This document shows positions 51,140 to 63,289 of a DNA stretch of 64,000 nucleotides, in pieces. Source of the DNA: Botryllus schlosseri (taxonomy: Eukaryota). The number at the start of each line of letters is the position of its first letter. The stretch's first letter is position 1. The notes under the pieces are model-generated. The model was not told where the DNA came from, did not search any database, and saw nothing but the letters and a program-made list of their open reading frames with translations. The stretch is taken from contig CM119373.1 in NCBI GenBank assembly GCA_051294905.1, positions 7,316,001 through 7,380,000 of the forward strand, in the 5' to 3' direction. Both the position numbers and the translations under genes were made by a program.

Positions 51140-51452
51140 GCCTAACCCTTTATGATAGTGAAAAATTTCATATCCCCCGTGTCATCATATCACAAATTGG
51201 AACTAAAATGCTGGATCTCATATTGTAACCAGAATGCTGGCAATCCCAAGGCCTAGTTTGATGGCATGGAAGATTATGATAGTTGATGACAAAATTCTCA
51301 AATACGAAATTCGAACTATAGACAGAGCAATAACCGTGAAATGGAAGTAAATCGCGCATAGCGCGAAACAAAATCAGTTGATATCAGCTTCTCGCCCCTC
51401 TTCAGCTGCTCTCACGCCCCCATGGGGGGCGCGCCACCAGTTTGAGAAGGCC
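51140..51452. mobile_element. Partial copy of hAT family E/G modules
   Basis: Ends ccagtttgagaaggcctg; shares sequence with 9530-9760 and with E. Confidence 0.6.
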
Positions 51453-52174
51453 TGTGGATATACGCAGTTCAGGCGGCTCACGTAGGTATCAACGCAGGTA
51501 TCACTCTTCCGCATTGTTCTGGTGCTCAGGTATCAAGTCTGGACTCTGGAGTGTTTTCGGGGTGTGTTCAAGTTTGTAGAGTAATCAAGTTTCGTGCAGG
51601 TAAACCTCAACCTCGGACGGACTCTACCCCGCACCCATTGGTGTTGAAGCCGCGGTTTCTAACACTGCGCTATCTCTCTATTTCGCATGCTAGGCGCAAT
51701 GCCATAGATAGTGCTTCGTTTGCGTCCACTGAGTTTAGTAAATATGGCAGACTGTTTAGAGTCAAGTGTACCTGTTTGATGCTGGTGTGATCAGACTAGA
51801 TGACAATGCAAGCATAATTTCTGTACCACCATCACTGCCGTTGTTATGTATTTTGGTTGGTTGAAAATAAAGACTCTCTCTCTCTCTCGTGTTGAATTGA
51901 ATATGTTATGCTTGGCTGGTCGAGTTTGAGGCACATGGCTGCGAGCATCTAAGACAAGTCTTTCTTTGGTCGAGGTCGCCTGCGGAGCATCTAAAGACGC
52001 TGCCATTATGTAAGTAACCTTGTTGATTACACGATGAGGCAATTACTATTGATTTTATGTCAAGTTGGCGTAACATAACGGGGGACATGATATATGGCAT
52101 TGGGTGGGAGTAAAGAATATCTGTGAAATTCTTATGTCTCATAATTTACAGGTGATGAACCAATAAAACGACAG

Positions 52175-52215
52175 CGGGCGAGGTCGGGTGTGTTCAACGT
52201 GGTATGGTCGTAAGC
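52175..52215 (-). pseudogene. 3'-truncated 5S rRNA fragment (first ~41 nt)
   Basis: The reverse complement reads GCTTACGACCATACCACGTTGAACACACCCGACCTCGCCCG, matching the metazoan 5S 5' end, then diverges before box A. Confidence 0.8.
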
Positions 52216-52849
52216 CATACACGTGGGGCGAGATCGACTCTAGCGCGTAGAGGAGTAGCGTCTTATTGGGTAAGTCAGATTATAGAGTATGACTGGAGTG
52301 ACGACTCGATTGTTATCCCATTGTTAGCCGGCAGAATGGTCACGGTCAGATGGATGCACCCAAAACAGGATAGCTCAGTGCTTGTTTCAATGGCGTTCAA
52401 GGCGATTCGTCGTGTATTTCTTGAAGTTGCGTCGGAATTAGTTAGACTGTTCAACATTTAGGTAGCGGTGGCGAGTCGTTATGACTGGTGAATAATACTG
52501 TGTAGCCTATGTTACATTTCTCACGAGATTGATGTGATATTGTGGCTTTGATCCTTGGTAGAGTTTGCTACGTATATGAATATAATGACAGAAGGTATGG
52601 GATATCTGGTTCGTGTGCATTGGCTATTGTGAGATGAATTCATGGAAAGAACGACTGAAGAATACTACAAAGTGAACAAGTGGAAAGATCTTGAACTATA
52701 CCTATATGCAATTCACAATATCGTTGATTGAAAATATGTCCTATATTAACTGCAGAAACTCGAGTATGAATATAACAAATAATATTGCAACTGTCTTGTC
52801 GTCTTATATAATGCCTGTCCGATAACCGCAGAAACTTGAGTATGAGTAA

Positions 52850-55514
52850 CAGGACCGTAACTGCCACACCTCAAACCCCCCAATTGGGGGGGGGCGAGCT
52901 CAAAGAGGGCTCAAAATTATTGAGTATTTTTCAAAAATTTATGCAACTTTTTCAAAAATTTTTCGCTCTGCGTGCGATTTCGAGTTGCCAACTTTCTTAG
53001 TTATTTGGTAGCCTACTCTTCCCCAAGACAAAATACGCAAGATCTATCGAAATGGACATATCGGCGAGACATTTAAAGTTTTAGAACATGTAACATGCGA
53101 CTCCAAGAAGTGTACCAGAACGATCGGCAGCGAGAAAACCTGGGCCAAAAAGGGACTGCCCGCTTATGCTGACCGAAAACTTCGTTATATACCGTATGCA
53201 AAATGCGTATAGGTTCAATTGTCCATAGGCGCCTAAATGACTGGCGCCGAATGTTCCTGTCTTGGCAATCTGAACCTCAGAAGACAAATACCATTCCGCA
53301 GGGAAAAATTGTATACCAATTTGAAATCGTGTGCGTCGTTAATCTAGTACATTTGGGCGATTCTATATTTTTTGATATAACAGACAGGAGATCACAAAAT
53401 GACATGAAACGAAGTCATACCAACGGGGCCGCCCGCCTGAATATGTTTAATTATTATTTACGGGCCCTACAGTTTCCAAGCCACCTCATTCAGCTCTACC
53501 GGTCAATCTGACAACGTGAACAGAGAGAACAAGAAATTGATAGCAATATATATGCAATTCCCAATATTATATTGACCGATTTTATCATGAATTATCGAAT
53601 ATTTTCGCGCCTCGCGCTGGCTCACTAAACTGTGGCCCTTATTTCGTGACAAAAGCAAACAACGTGATGGGGGGGGGGGGGTTTATCACCCTATGGGAGC
53701 CCAAGACCCAAGTTTTATTGGGGGCCCTGGCCAAGTGCTGTTTCGTTCCTGCGAACGGGTATACGCCCGAAGATGTTCAATTATTATTGAGGGGTCCTAC
53801 CATTTCAAACACACCTCACTCATTACCATTAAATCTGATTACGTGCGCAGAGTGAGGATAAAAATTGATAACAATATATATTCAATTCCCGATCATATTG
53901 ACCGATTAAATCAGTGGTTCTTAACCTTGCCCACAGCGCCCCCCAGGGGGCGCTGGCGACTTTGAAGGGGGGCGGAAGCGCTCAGGGGGCGATATGGGGG
54001 GCGCTGGGCTCAGGGGGGCGGTATGGGGGGCGCTGGAGGAAAATGGCTTCGCAGTAGATGATGTGGTGATAGAACTTATCCTTAATGAGTATTCAGGGCA
54101 AATTAACACCGAAAGCTTCGTTACATATAGCCTTCAAAATACATATAGGTTTGATTGTCCATGGGCGCCTAAATGACTGACACCGAATGTTCCTGTCTTG
54201 GCAATCTGAACCCCAGAAGCCGAATTCCATCTGGCAGGGAAAAATTATATGTCAGTGAGGAAATGCCAATCTGAAATTGGTGCGTCTTTTAGTTAAGTAC
54301 GATTGGGCGACAGGGATATTCCTGTTGGGCGATATCCCCTCACAATGTTCGCTTCAAGTTTTGACGAGTCTGCGCACACTCAACAACTCACTGTGCTGAC
54401 CTTTGGATAACAGTGCGTAACGACTAAAAAAAGGTAATAAATTCGGATTTGTTGTGCGCAACGTAGATTTCCTGTGCACAGAGACCGTGTCAGCACTGGG
54501 CACGTGCGCGGCTTAGAGGGAACATTGCACCTCACTCAGCTCTACCGGTAAATGTGTTTACATAAGCAGAGAGAGGATAAAAATTGATCTGAATATACAG
54601 GCAATTCCCGATGATATTGACCAATTTAATCATTAATTAGTGAAATTTTTCGCGCTTCGCGCGACTAAGCGAGCATGGCTGCCTCAGTAAATGGACACCC
54701 AATGTAGATACCTAATAGGCTATCAGCCAATAGGGGACAGCCTAATGGAGGTCTGGGAGTGAAGTTTCCCGGAAGTTTGGTTTATCACCCGATGGGGGCC
54801 CTGGACCAACGTTTTTTGTTAGGAGGGGGCTGACGAAGTGCTGTTACGGCCCTGGTAACGAATAATTGTACCTGCGGGCACGCCCGAATATGTTTAATTA
54901 TTGATTACGTGCCCTATATTTTCCTATACAACAGCTCACTCATTGCTACTGGTAAATCTGATTACGTGGGCTGAGAGGATAAAAAGTTTATAGCGAGTTA
55001 TATATGTAATTACCACCTTTCCATTCATGCATTATAGAAAATTTTGGTACCTAGGGCGACCAGGCCACACAAACTTTGCTGACCATCAAAATCACGATAT
55101 GGGGCTCGTGGGGGCGAAGCCCTCAGAGGTTCAGCTTATCGCGCTATGGGTGCGCAAGGCAATCGTTTTTAGGGGGGTTGACGAAGTGCTATTACGGCCC
55201 TCCCTCTTACTCATTGTCTTTATTACATTCCTTACAATATGAAGTTGGGGGGCGCTGGAGCACGATAATTTTTGAAAGGGGGCGCTGGAAGAAAAAAGGT
55301 TAAGAACCACTGGATTAAATCATGAATTTTGAAATTTTTCGCGCTTGGCGTGTGTGGACGACCAAATCTGCCCCACTAAACGGACGGTGAACACAGATGA
55401 TGAGTAGCGGTAAACATCCTATAGCTTCGTCCCCCAGAACTTCGGTTTATCACCCTATGGGGGGCCCATGACCAACGTTTTTTTGGGGTCTGACGAAGTG
55501 CTGTTACGGCCCTG
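52850..55514. mobile_element. hAT family B copy nested in M and containing A2
   Basis: TIR caggaccgtaac / gttacggccctg; degenerate TSD (atgagtaa / atgacaag). Confidence 0.8.
53912..55312. mobile_element. Composite hAT element A, copy 2
   Basis: Same TIRs and interior as A1; exact TSD gattaaat; contains the mini-MITE at 54343-54527. Confidence 0.93.
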
Positions 55515-55801
55515 ATGACAAGAACAAGAGCCTTGTGTAATGTTAATGTTCTGCTTGAGCTCGACTCACAATAGCCAGAGCTTACTCCTTGAAAGTGTGC
55601 AAAATCGCACTTGAAGGGAACTCGTTGTCATTGCCAAGAACACAGGAAGACGTCTGCCGGTCGACATTAGTAGTAAGCCAATGCACCACGTCAAGGTTTC
55701 GACCAACGCATTGGTTTCCTTTTTTAGGTAGGGAACCTCAATGTGGATAGGCAGCATTTGCCACAGAGAGAAAAAACTACCATACTAAAAGAGCATATTG
55801 T

Positions 55802-56832
55802 TCATTTTTTTTTCAAGCCATCTCGCAAACTTTTGGAAAATTTGGAGGACTTTTTTTGCTTCTCATGCAATGCAAACTTTGCAAAATTGTGAGACAAGAT
55901 GTTGTTCAAGTGTCTCATTGCCTTGTCCATGACATCCTCAACCTCATTTAGGTCTGAGCCAGATTGAAGTGACACAGTATGAATTAATTTGTTATAGAAT
56001 GGATCACAGTGAATTGCGTCAAGTACCCTGAAAAAAATGATCTTTTTCAGGGGTTTTCCCATTTCTTTACTGTGGATAACATAAAAGCGGAGAACCATGC
56101 CATGAAACTGTTCAGACGGGCTCTTCAATCCACCGACTTTCTTCTGCATCACTTTAATGAGGTTTCCCGATGGCGCTGCAGATGTTAGGCATGTGGCAAT
56201 TGCTTCGTTAGCTTGCTTAGAAATGGCTCCTAAAAGCACTCCACCAATATATTCAAGTATGTCTAAAAACATGTCAAAGTTTTTCCATGGAAAGGCATAG
56301 TATCAAAGGCTATTTACTTACCAGATTCCTTGCTGTTGACTCCTCCAATCTCTGTGATTGGACCCTGTTCTTTACCGCACACGAGAGAATCAAACATCTT
56401 CAAAAGTAATGCTGAAGCTGGCAATTGCGGCAAACCCAGCAACTTGTTAGCTTGGTGACAGATATTTGAATAATGTTGATAAAATCCGTCAACACCAAGT
56501 TTGCAATATTCAGAATGGAGTTGTTTCACCAATGGAACAGCTTTTGTCACGTCTAGTTCCTCGAATGATGGGGCGCATTCAAAGTATTTTTTGCTATTTA
56601 CGCAAGCCCTCTTCAAAACAGCAATTACAGCATCCTCAGATATATCCCAATTACTGGTGGGAACTTTATGATTTTTGTAATGTTTTTTCAGAGCTTTCAC
56701 AGTCGGAAAGGATGCTTCGCATTCCTCACAAATCACACCTTTCCAGTTATCGAGTCCTTCGAAACATTCTTCAATTTCCATTTCAGTTAGTGCCTCCCAG
56801 TCATCCCAAAGTGATGCAGCTGAATCAGTCAT
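55802..56832 (-). CDS. Two-exon gene of about 323 aa: C2H2 zinc finger plus P-transposase C-terminal-like region (exons 56832-56322 and 56262-55802)
   Basis: 59-bp phase-1 intron GTAAGT...TTTTTAG joins two stop-free ORFs. Motifs: CEECEASFPTVKALKKHYKNH; LEYIGG; KVGGLKSPS; KSLRDGLK. Confidence 0.8.
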
Positions 56833-57473
56833 GATACCGATTTCTATCCGTGTCGAAATATGATCTAAATCTGGCCAAAAATATAACAGAGGCTACAAGG
56901 TATTATTCACTAGTCATAACGACTCGCCACCGCTGCCTAAATGTTGAACTGTCTAACTAATTCCGACGCAACTTCAAGAAATACACGAAGAATCGCCTTG
57001 AACGCCATTGAAACAAGCACTGAGCTATTCTGTTTTGGGTGCATCCATCTGACCGTGACCATTCTGCCGGCTAACAATGGGAGAACAATCGAGTCGTCAC
57101 TCCAGTCATACTCTATAGTCAGATTTTTACGATTTGATATTTCCTAAACATAATTGTGGCTTCTTTGTTGTGTAGATACAGATATTTATGGCCAATGCTA
57201 TTATGTAATTCTAATTAGAAACTAAGTTGAAAAACATTGTTGCTACACGTCGGTCAGTCAGTAACTAACAGTTGTTGCTATTATAATCACAGGAATTGGA
57301 GTGTCGAAGAGTATACGAGAGATGCTTGAAAGAATGCTGCCACGAAATGCCAGAATGACCGGTGAGAAGAAAACTAAGTCACTTACTGACCTCTATGGAC
57401 TGGACACGCTGATACGTAATCTGAACAAAACATAACAAGATTCATTTTTTCATATGAAAATGATTGTTTAAAT

Positions 57474-58725
57474 CAGTGCTCTTCAACCGGGGTTGTCGTA
57501 CACCCCAGGGCCCAGGGTGTACCAGAATTTGCAAACGGTGTACCACTCGGATGGGGTGTACAGGGGTGTACCAGATCCGAATTACAATGAGCCGATGGCT
57601 AGCTATAACAAAGGCAGGTTTATGGGTCAGTACAGGTTGACGCACAGGTTAATGAGCAATATGGTACGATGTTATCTCAAATGTAATACTGTACACCGCT
57701 TGATTGTGATGTCATAGGCAAATATTTCTCCTATTCATTTAGCCGTCGGCAATAGACCAATGGTTCGTTCAGGGTGTTGGAAAGTATGCAGTAACAAACA
57801 TTGTGTTCAGCTAGTCATTTGTCTTTTAGAGATTTTTGAGGAAACCACTGCGATAGCTCAGACTTCTTGAATCGGTACTTCCTACCCGACGTTAATAAAT
57901 ACCGCAATGCACATAAATGAAGTGACGTAGTCAGCCAGGGTCGAAACAGCTTCCATGTGGAAATCGAAACCCTTTTGTTTTAAAATGCCGATTTTATGTC
58001 CAATATTTCGCCATACATTTGCAATTTAGTATTTTTTTATTAGTGATGCAAATTAGCGACAATAGACTGTGTATAGTGGTATACGATCTGAGGTTTCTGA
58101 CATATCTTGCAGCCCATGTGCTACTATCGACTGTGTGTGTGTGTGGTGTGAGGCAGGCCTGATACGCAGTAGGCTGGTGCGCCTGCTATCATCGCTGATC
58201 TGAATTACCGCTTCTGCAGCAGTAGCTTTACCTACTTTCTCCCCAATACTGTTACATTTAGGTTGATTATCGTTCGTAATGTCATGCTGTTTTGGGGCTG
58301 ACACGAAATAAATTCCAATTTGCATGGCGCGCGGCCTAACTGGCTGCAAATAGACTCTGTGACCAAATACTATTTTATTCAAATCCAATTTTTTGACTCC
58401 GTTTCTACTGGTTGGAATTGAACCAAATTTGAAGAACATCAATTTTATAGACAACCTAATACTTTCATGGGGTGAACAGAAAAATTTCACATTTTTCGTT
58501 ATTTATTTTTAAATAATAAATAGAAACTTTCTTCTCCCGTAGCCATGCGGCTACTGGTTGGAATTGAACCAAATTTGGTGTGTAGGTAACCTAACAATTT
58601 TATCAAGAAGCCAGTACGATTTGAGGAAAAAAGTCATTTTTGAGGACCCCTAATGAACAGGGGTGTACGAATTTTGAGCAAACGTTAAAAGGGTGTACCA
58701 CGTCGAAAAAGGTTGAAGAGCACTG
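57474..58725. mobile_element. Non-autonomous hAT element N
   Basis: TIR cagtgctcttcaacc / ggttgaagagcactg; exact TSD gtttaaat. Confidence 0.93.
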
Positions 58726-58884
58726 GTTTAAATGAACGGAAAAAGTAACCCCTGAACAAATCAATTCTATGCAAAAAATATAAACCTTAGAATAATATCA
58801 ATTGAAAATTCCTATTTTCTTCCTCTTTCTGCAGCTGCGGCCGGGCTTTGATCCGGCATTCTTATTAGGACCCGTGACGCGTAG

Positions 58885-59030
58885 CTTCCCATCGGAGTAT
58901 GTGACGAGTTGCTGGACAGCAATTCCATTTGTTGCGACTCCTGTCTGAGATGGGACCATTTCTTATGTGCGGGACTAAACGCTTGCACAAAGTAAATGGT
59001 TCTGCGATCGCTGCAAGAATTGATCGCTAT
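58885..59030 (+). pseudogene. PHD-finger relic
   Basis: VCDELLDSNSICCDSCLRWDHFLCAGL...(frameshift)KWFCDRC. Confidence 0.65.
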
Positions 59031-59162
59031 TAATTGATTGACTACATTTCATTCATTTATATTATATTTGTGTTAGTTTATTCAATTTGTTGAAGTTAAC
59101 TATTGCAACATCAAGAAATATATCTTTGTTCTCATTTCATCGACCCGCATGTTGTTGATTGC

Positions 59163-59817
59163 CCTCAATTAAAAGTATATACCGTAAATTTCAGACATAT
59201 GCATATACACATACATATCATTTCAAGTATTGAATGGAGGTAACCACGGGGCACCAAAACATAGAGGCATAAGGGAAATTATTAGCAGTAAATTGAATAT
59301 CAAGTGTCTTAAAATACGCTATCAATTTATCAGATCCTTATCAGATCAGCTCTGTCTCAACATTCTCGGCTGTAGCAAGACCTCAATTAAAAGCATACCG
59401 TACATTTCAGACATATGCATAAATACACATACATCTCATTTCAAGTATTGAATGGAGCTAACCATGAGGCACCAAAACATAGAGGCATAAGGGAAATTAT
59501 TAGCAGTAAATTGAATATCAGGTGTCTTAAAATACGCTATCAATTTATCAGATCCTTACCAGACCACATCAGCTTTGTCTCAATATTCTCGGCTGTAGCA
59601 AGACCTCAATTAAAAGCATACATTTCAGACATATGCATAAATACACATACATATCATTCCCGAGTATTGAATTAAGCAAACCAGGAGGCATCAAAACTTA
59701 GAGGCATAAGGAAAATTACTAGCAGTAAATTGAATATCAAGTGTCTTAAAATGCGCTATCAATTTATCAGATCCTTACCACATCAGCTCTGTTTGAACGT
59801 TCTTGGCCGTAGCAACA
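59163..59817. repeat. Tandem repeat, 3 units of about 220 bp
   Basis: cctcaattaaaag recurs at 59163, 59381 and 59604 with colinear unit sequence. Confidence 0.9.
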
Positions 59818-61411
59818 CGCATAGATCTTCACAGGTCCTCATACTTCGAATGTTTCAGCTCGACAGCGGCGCCCACGCTGACGCTGGCTTCTCCATTCAC
59901 GACACGCTGCTCCTGCTGTACTCACGTCGACCGTCAACTGGCGTCCGACATATAAAAAACACGTTGTATGCAGCGAGCCATGACTATCCTCATACGTGAC
60001 CCAATGCGTTTTTCTGACTACTAGAGATAGATAAATAAATTAATAAATGAATGTTATAATATGTGATTAAATATTCATTATTACATTCATTATTATTTCA
60101 TCAAATTCTACTTTGCGTTCATGGGCGACGTTGTTATTTAGTAATACCAGCACGAAACATCTATCCCCATAGTTACGTCACAGAGTTCCGGACGAATAGC
60201 CTGGTCTATAGCTTTGGGCTATTCATCCGGTTCCGGACACCTAGGCACAAAATGATTGACGCATGTTGGTCGAACCTTTCGATATCGATATGTCCAGGCG
60301 CCGAATAGTCCATTCCTTGCAAACTGAGCCCAGCCATATACAGCAGGTCCGCAATATAGTGAAGTGACAAAATTATTGACCTATGACCTTCGAAAAATTT
60401 TCGCGCTTGGCGCGGCTAGTGGCCCGCGCAATATTTCGTCGATCAAATGTGGCCCTTTTGCTGAAAAGGTTGGCCGCCCCTCAGGCCCCTGCCTTAAACT
60501 GTGTAACAAAATTTTCTCCAATTTTCAAAAATATCTCAAATTATTGTCAGCAAATGTCCACAAACCACCAACCGTCGTCCCTGGCGCCTTCCCCCGGGTC
60601 AGAAAAGTTGATGAGGATGGAGGTGACGCTCAAACTATGCGAGGCGAAGAACCGATGGTTGGAGAGAGTAGGTCTGAACAGCGATATATATTCAATTCAT
60701 GTATTCAGATTCACGACAGACTTGGCACATATCTGGTTGCCTAAATTAGGCTGATTGAAGCGAAATGCTGGTAACCGAATTCTAATATGATTCGGGATAA
60801 GGTACTATGTTTCAATCCAATTGTAATTTTCTAATTTCTGGGTTACGGCCAATGCTACATAGCGCGAAACTTCCCAAGCTACAAAACTGTGTACAACTGA
60901 ACATAAATTATCCATTTTCATGCTTATTGTGTTGTAATTTTTAGCCACTCGTGCGAAGCAAGAAGCCTCAAAACAGGCCGAGTCGATCACTTCTCTTCAG
61001 GTAACGCTTTCGACTTTCGTGTCCATCTTGTGAATATTGTTGTCGAAAATTGCGGCAGTTCGCATCCAACTTGATAACAGCTATCAGAAGAAGTATTGTA
61101 AGTGACAATGTGGGTTATGTGACATATGCGTAATTGTGTCCAACCAATAAATTCCAAGTGACACAGCTTTAAGATGTCACAAAATATTTGAGTGCAAAAT
61201 TTCAGTACTCAAAAAAATCATCTCACACGCTCAAATCATTGGAATTAATACTCGATTCAGATTCGAGTGCTCAAATCATTGCCCCCAGCCCGAAAATTCA
61301 CTGAAATACGGAATGAAATGATGTGAACTTTCTAACGCCATGCAAATCTGTTTTCAATCGCAAACTATACTCAACCAGTTCTTGTTCGTATTCGTAGGTA
61401 GCTCTCCGCAG

Positions 61412-61595
61412 ACTTGAAGAGGAAAGGCAGAGACGTGACGAGGATACAAAATGTGAAATATGTTTTGGTGACAAGACAGATGTAGTGCTTGTGCCCTGCG
61501 GACACATGTGCTGCTGCAGGAAGTGCACAGAAGCGATAAGATTTTGCCCTCTTTGCCGGGTCCGAATTGAGAAGGCTATAGAGGTGTATCAATAA
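61412..61595 (+). CDS. Terminal exon encoding a C3HC4 RING finger (IAP/BIRC-like C-terminus)
   Basis: ctccgcAG acceptor; LEEERQRRDEDTKCEICFGDKTDVVLVPCGHMCCCRKCTEAIRFCPLCRVRIEKAIEVYQ* followed by aataaa. Confidence 0.85.
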
Positions 61596-62238
61596 AAATA
61601 TCAGCAGCGCCAGTCGCAGTTGCAGATTACAGTTCAGGACTCGGCGTTTTCTCCAGGGAGTGAACTTGTGTGGTATTCATAAATGATGTAGGTTATACAG
61701 TACTAAACACAGTAAACAGTCTTTCACTTGGTACCGTAATTGGTAGCACAGCAAAAACTGGGTGCAAAAAGTACGATATACTCGCACCTGCTTAGTGCTT
61801 AACCACTAAGTGCTTACTCCACCATGGAGTAAGTGAGACCGAAAGAGGACGCATTGAAAGCCTCATATGCATAGACAGGCGCGATTCTCTAATTCTCTTA
61901 TGGTTTTATGAGTATTTCTAGATTTAAATCTAAATATGGATTTTGAAAAGTGAGTAGCTCTAGTTCTAGCTCCAGTAATGAAAGTGAGTAGTCGGCGTTG
62001 ATGCTGATTGTCTGCATGTTTGCTGGTTCGATGACGTCACAAAGGATAGGGTTACCATATATGACCTCTTTTTAGTCCAACCATGTAGGTCTATTATTTC
62101 TCGGGTCTCAAAATATTGTACCGTGACCTTAACGAAGGTCTTCTATCAGGTACAGAATTTCAATATACAATTTAATAGTATATTCAATATTCATATTGAA
62201 ATTAACCCGAATATTTTTCGCTGACACTCATCGGGGGG

Positions 62239-63120
62239 CAGCACCGTAACTGCCGCACCCCAAACCCCCCAATTGGGGGGGGGGCGAGCTCTAAGGGGGC
62301 CCAAAATCATTTCGTGAATTAGCATAAATCAGAGAGTTTTTTTTTTAATTTGTGCAATTTTTTCAAAATTTTTTCGCGTTGCGCGCGAATTCAAGTAGCC
62401 GTTTATCTGTATTATTGAGTATTGGCCCATCACCGCGCCACGACACACCAAGACATACAATCAAGTTTTAGGCCATATAACATGCGACTCCAAGAAGTGT
62501 GCCAGAACGATCGGCAGCGAGAAAGGCTTGGCCGAAAAGATCTATATGCTCTTATGCAGCCAGAAGACTTCGTTATATAGGCTATACAAAATACATATAG
62601 GTTTAATTGTCCATATAGGCGCCTAAATTACTGGCGCCGAATGTTCCTGTCTTTGCAATCTGAACCTCACATGACAAATACCATCCTGCTGGGAAAAAAA
62701 TTATGCCAGTGAAGAAATACCAATTTGAAATCGTTTGAGCGATTCCATATTTTTTGATATAGCAGACCGGAAGTCACGAAATAACATCATGTAACGAAGT
62801 CATATCAACGAGTCCGCCCGCTCGAAGATATTTAATCATTATTTACGGGCCCTCCCATTTTAAGACATTTCACTCAGCTCTACCGTTAAATCTAATTACG
62901 TGAGTAGATAGGTCAATAAATTGATAGCATAATATATATGCAATCGCCGATCTGATTGACCGATTTTATCATAAATTACCGAAAATTTCTGCGCTTCGCG
63001 CTGGCTCACAATACAGTACAGAACGCGAACAACGTGATGGAGGGGTCGTTTTATCATCCTATGGGAGCCCAGGACCCACGTTTTTGGAGGCCTGACGAGA
63101 TGCTGTTTCGTTCATGCCAA
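62239..63120 (+). mobile_element. hAT family B copy with degenerate right end
   Basis: cagcaccgtaactgcc start; colinear with 52850-53760. Confidence 0.75.
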
Positions 63121-63179
63121 CGGGTATACGCCCGAAGATGTTTAATTAGAAAGTCGAGGCAAAAGATTTTACCTGTTAG

Positions 63180-63265
63180 GTGTATTTAATGACCTTCCCG
63201 CCAGGCTGTCGCTTCACACGAGGTGTATTTAATGACCTTCCCGCCAGGCTGTCGCTTCACACGCT
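63180..63265. repeat. 43-bp tandem duplication
   Basis: gtgtatttaatgaccttcccgccaggctgtcgcttcacacg occurs twice, at 63180 and 63223. Confidence 0.9.
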
Positions 63266-63289
63266 GGAATAACTCATTCGGTATTACAG

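Larger units (their letters stand above)
52281..57117. mobile_element. P-like DNA element M (long TIRs, 7-bp TSD)
   Basis: About 230-bp near-identical TIRs starting tatagagtatgactggag; exact TSD gtcagat (52274-52280, 57118-57124). Confidence 0.9.

Noticed and set aside
61780-61850. Paired short hairpins as a Helitron 3' end
   Set aside because: No CTRR terminus at the expected distance.
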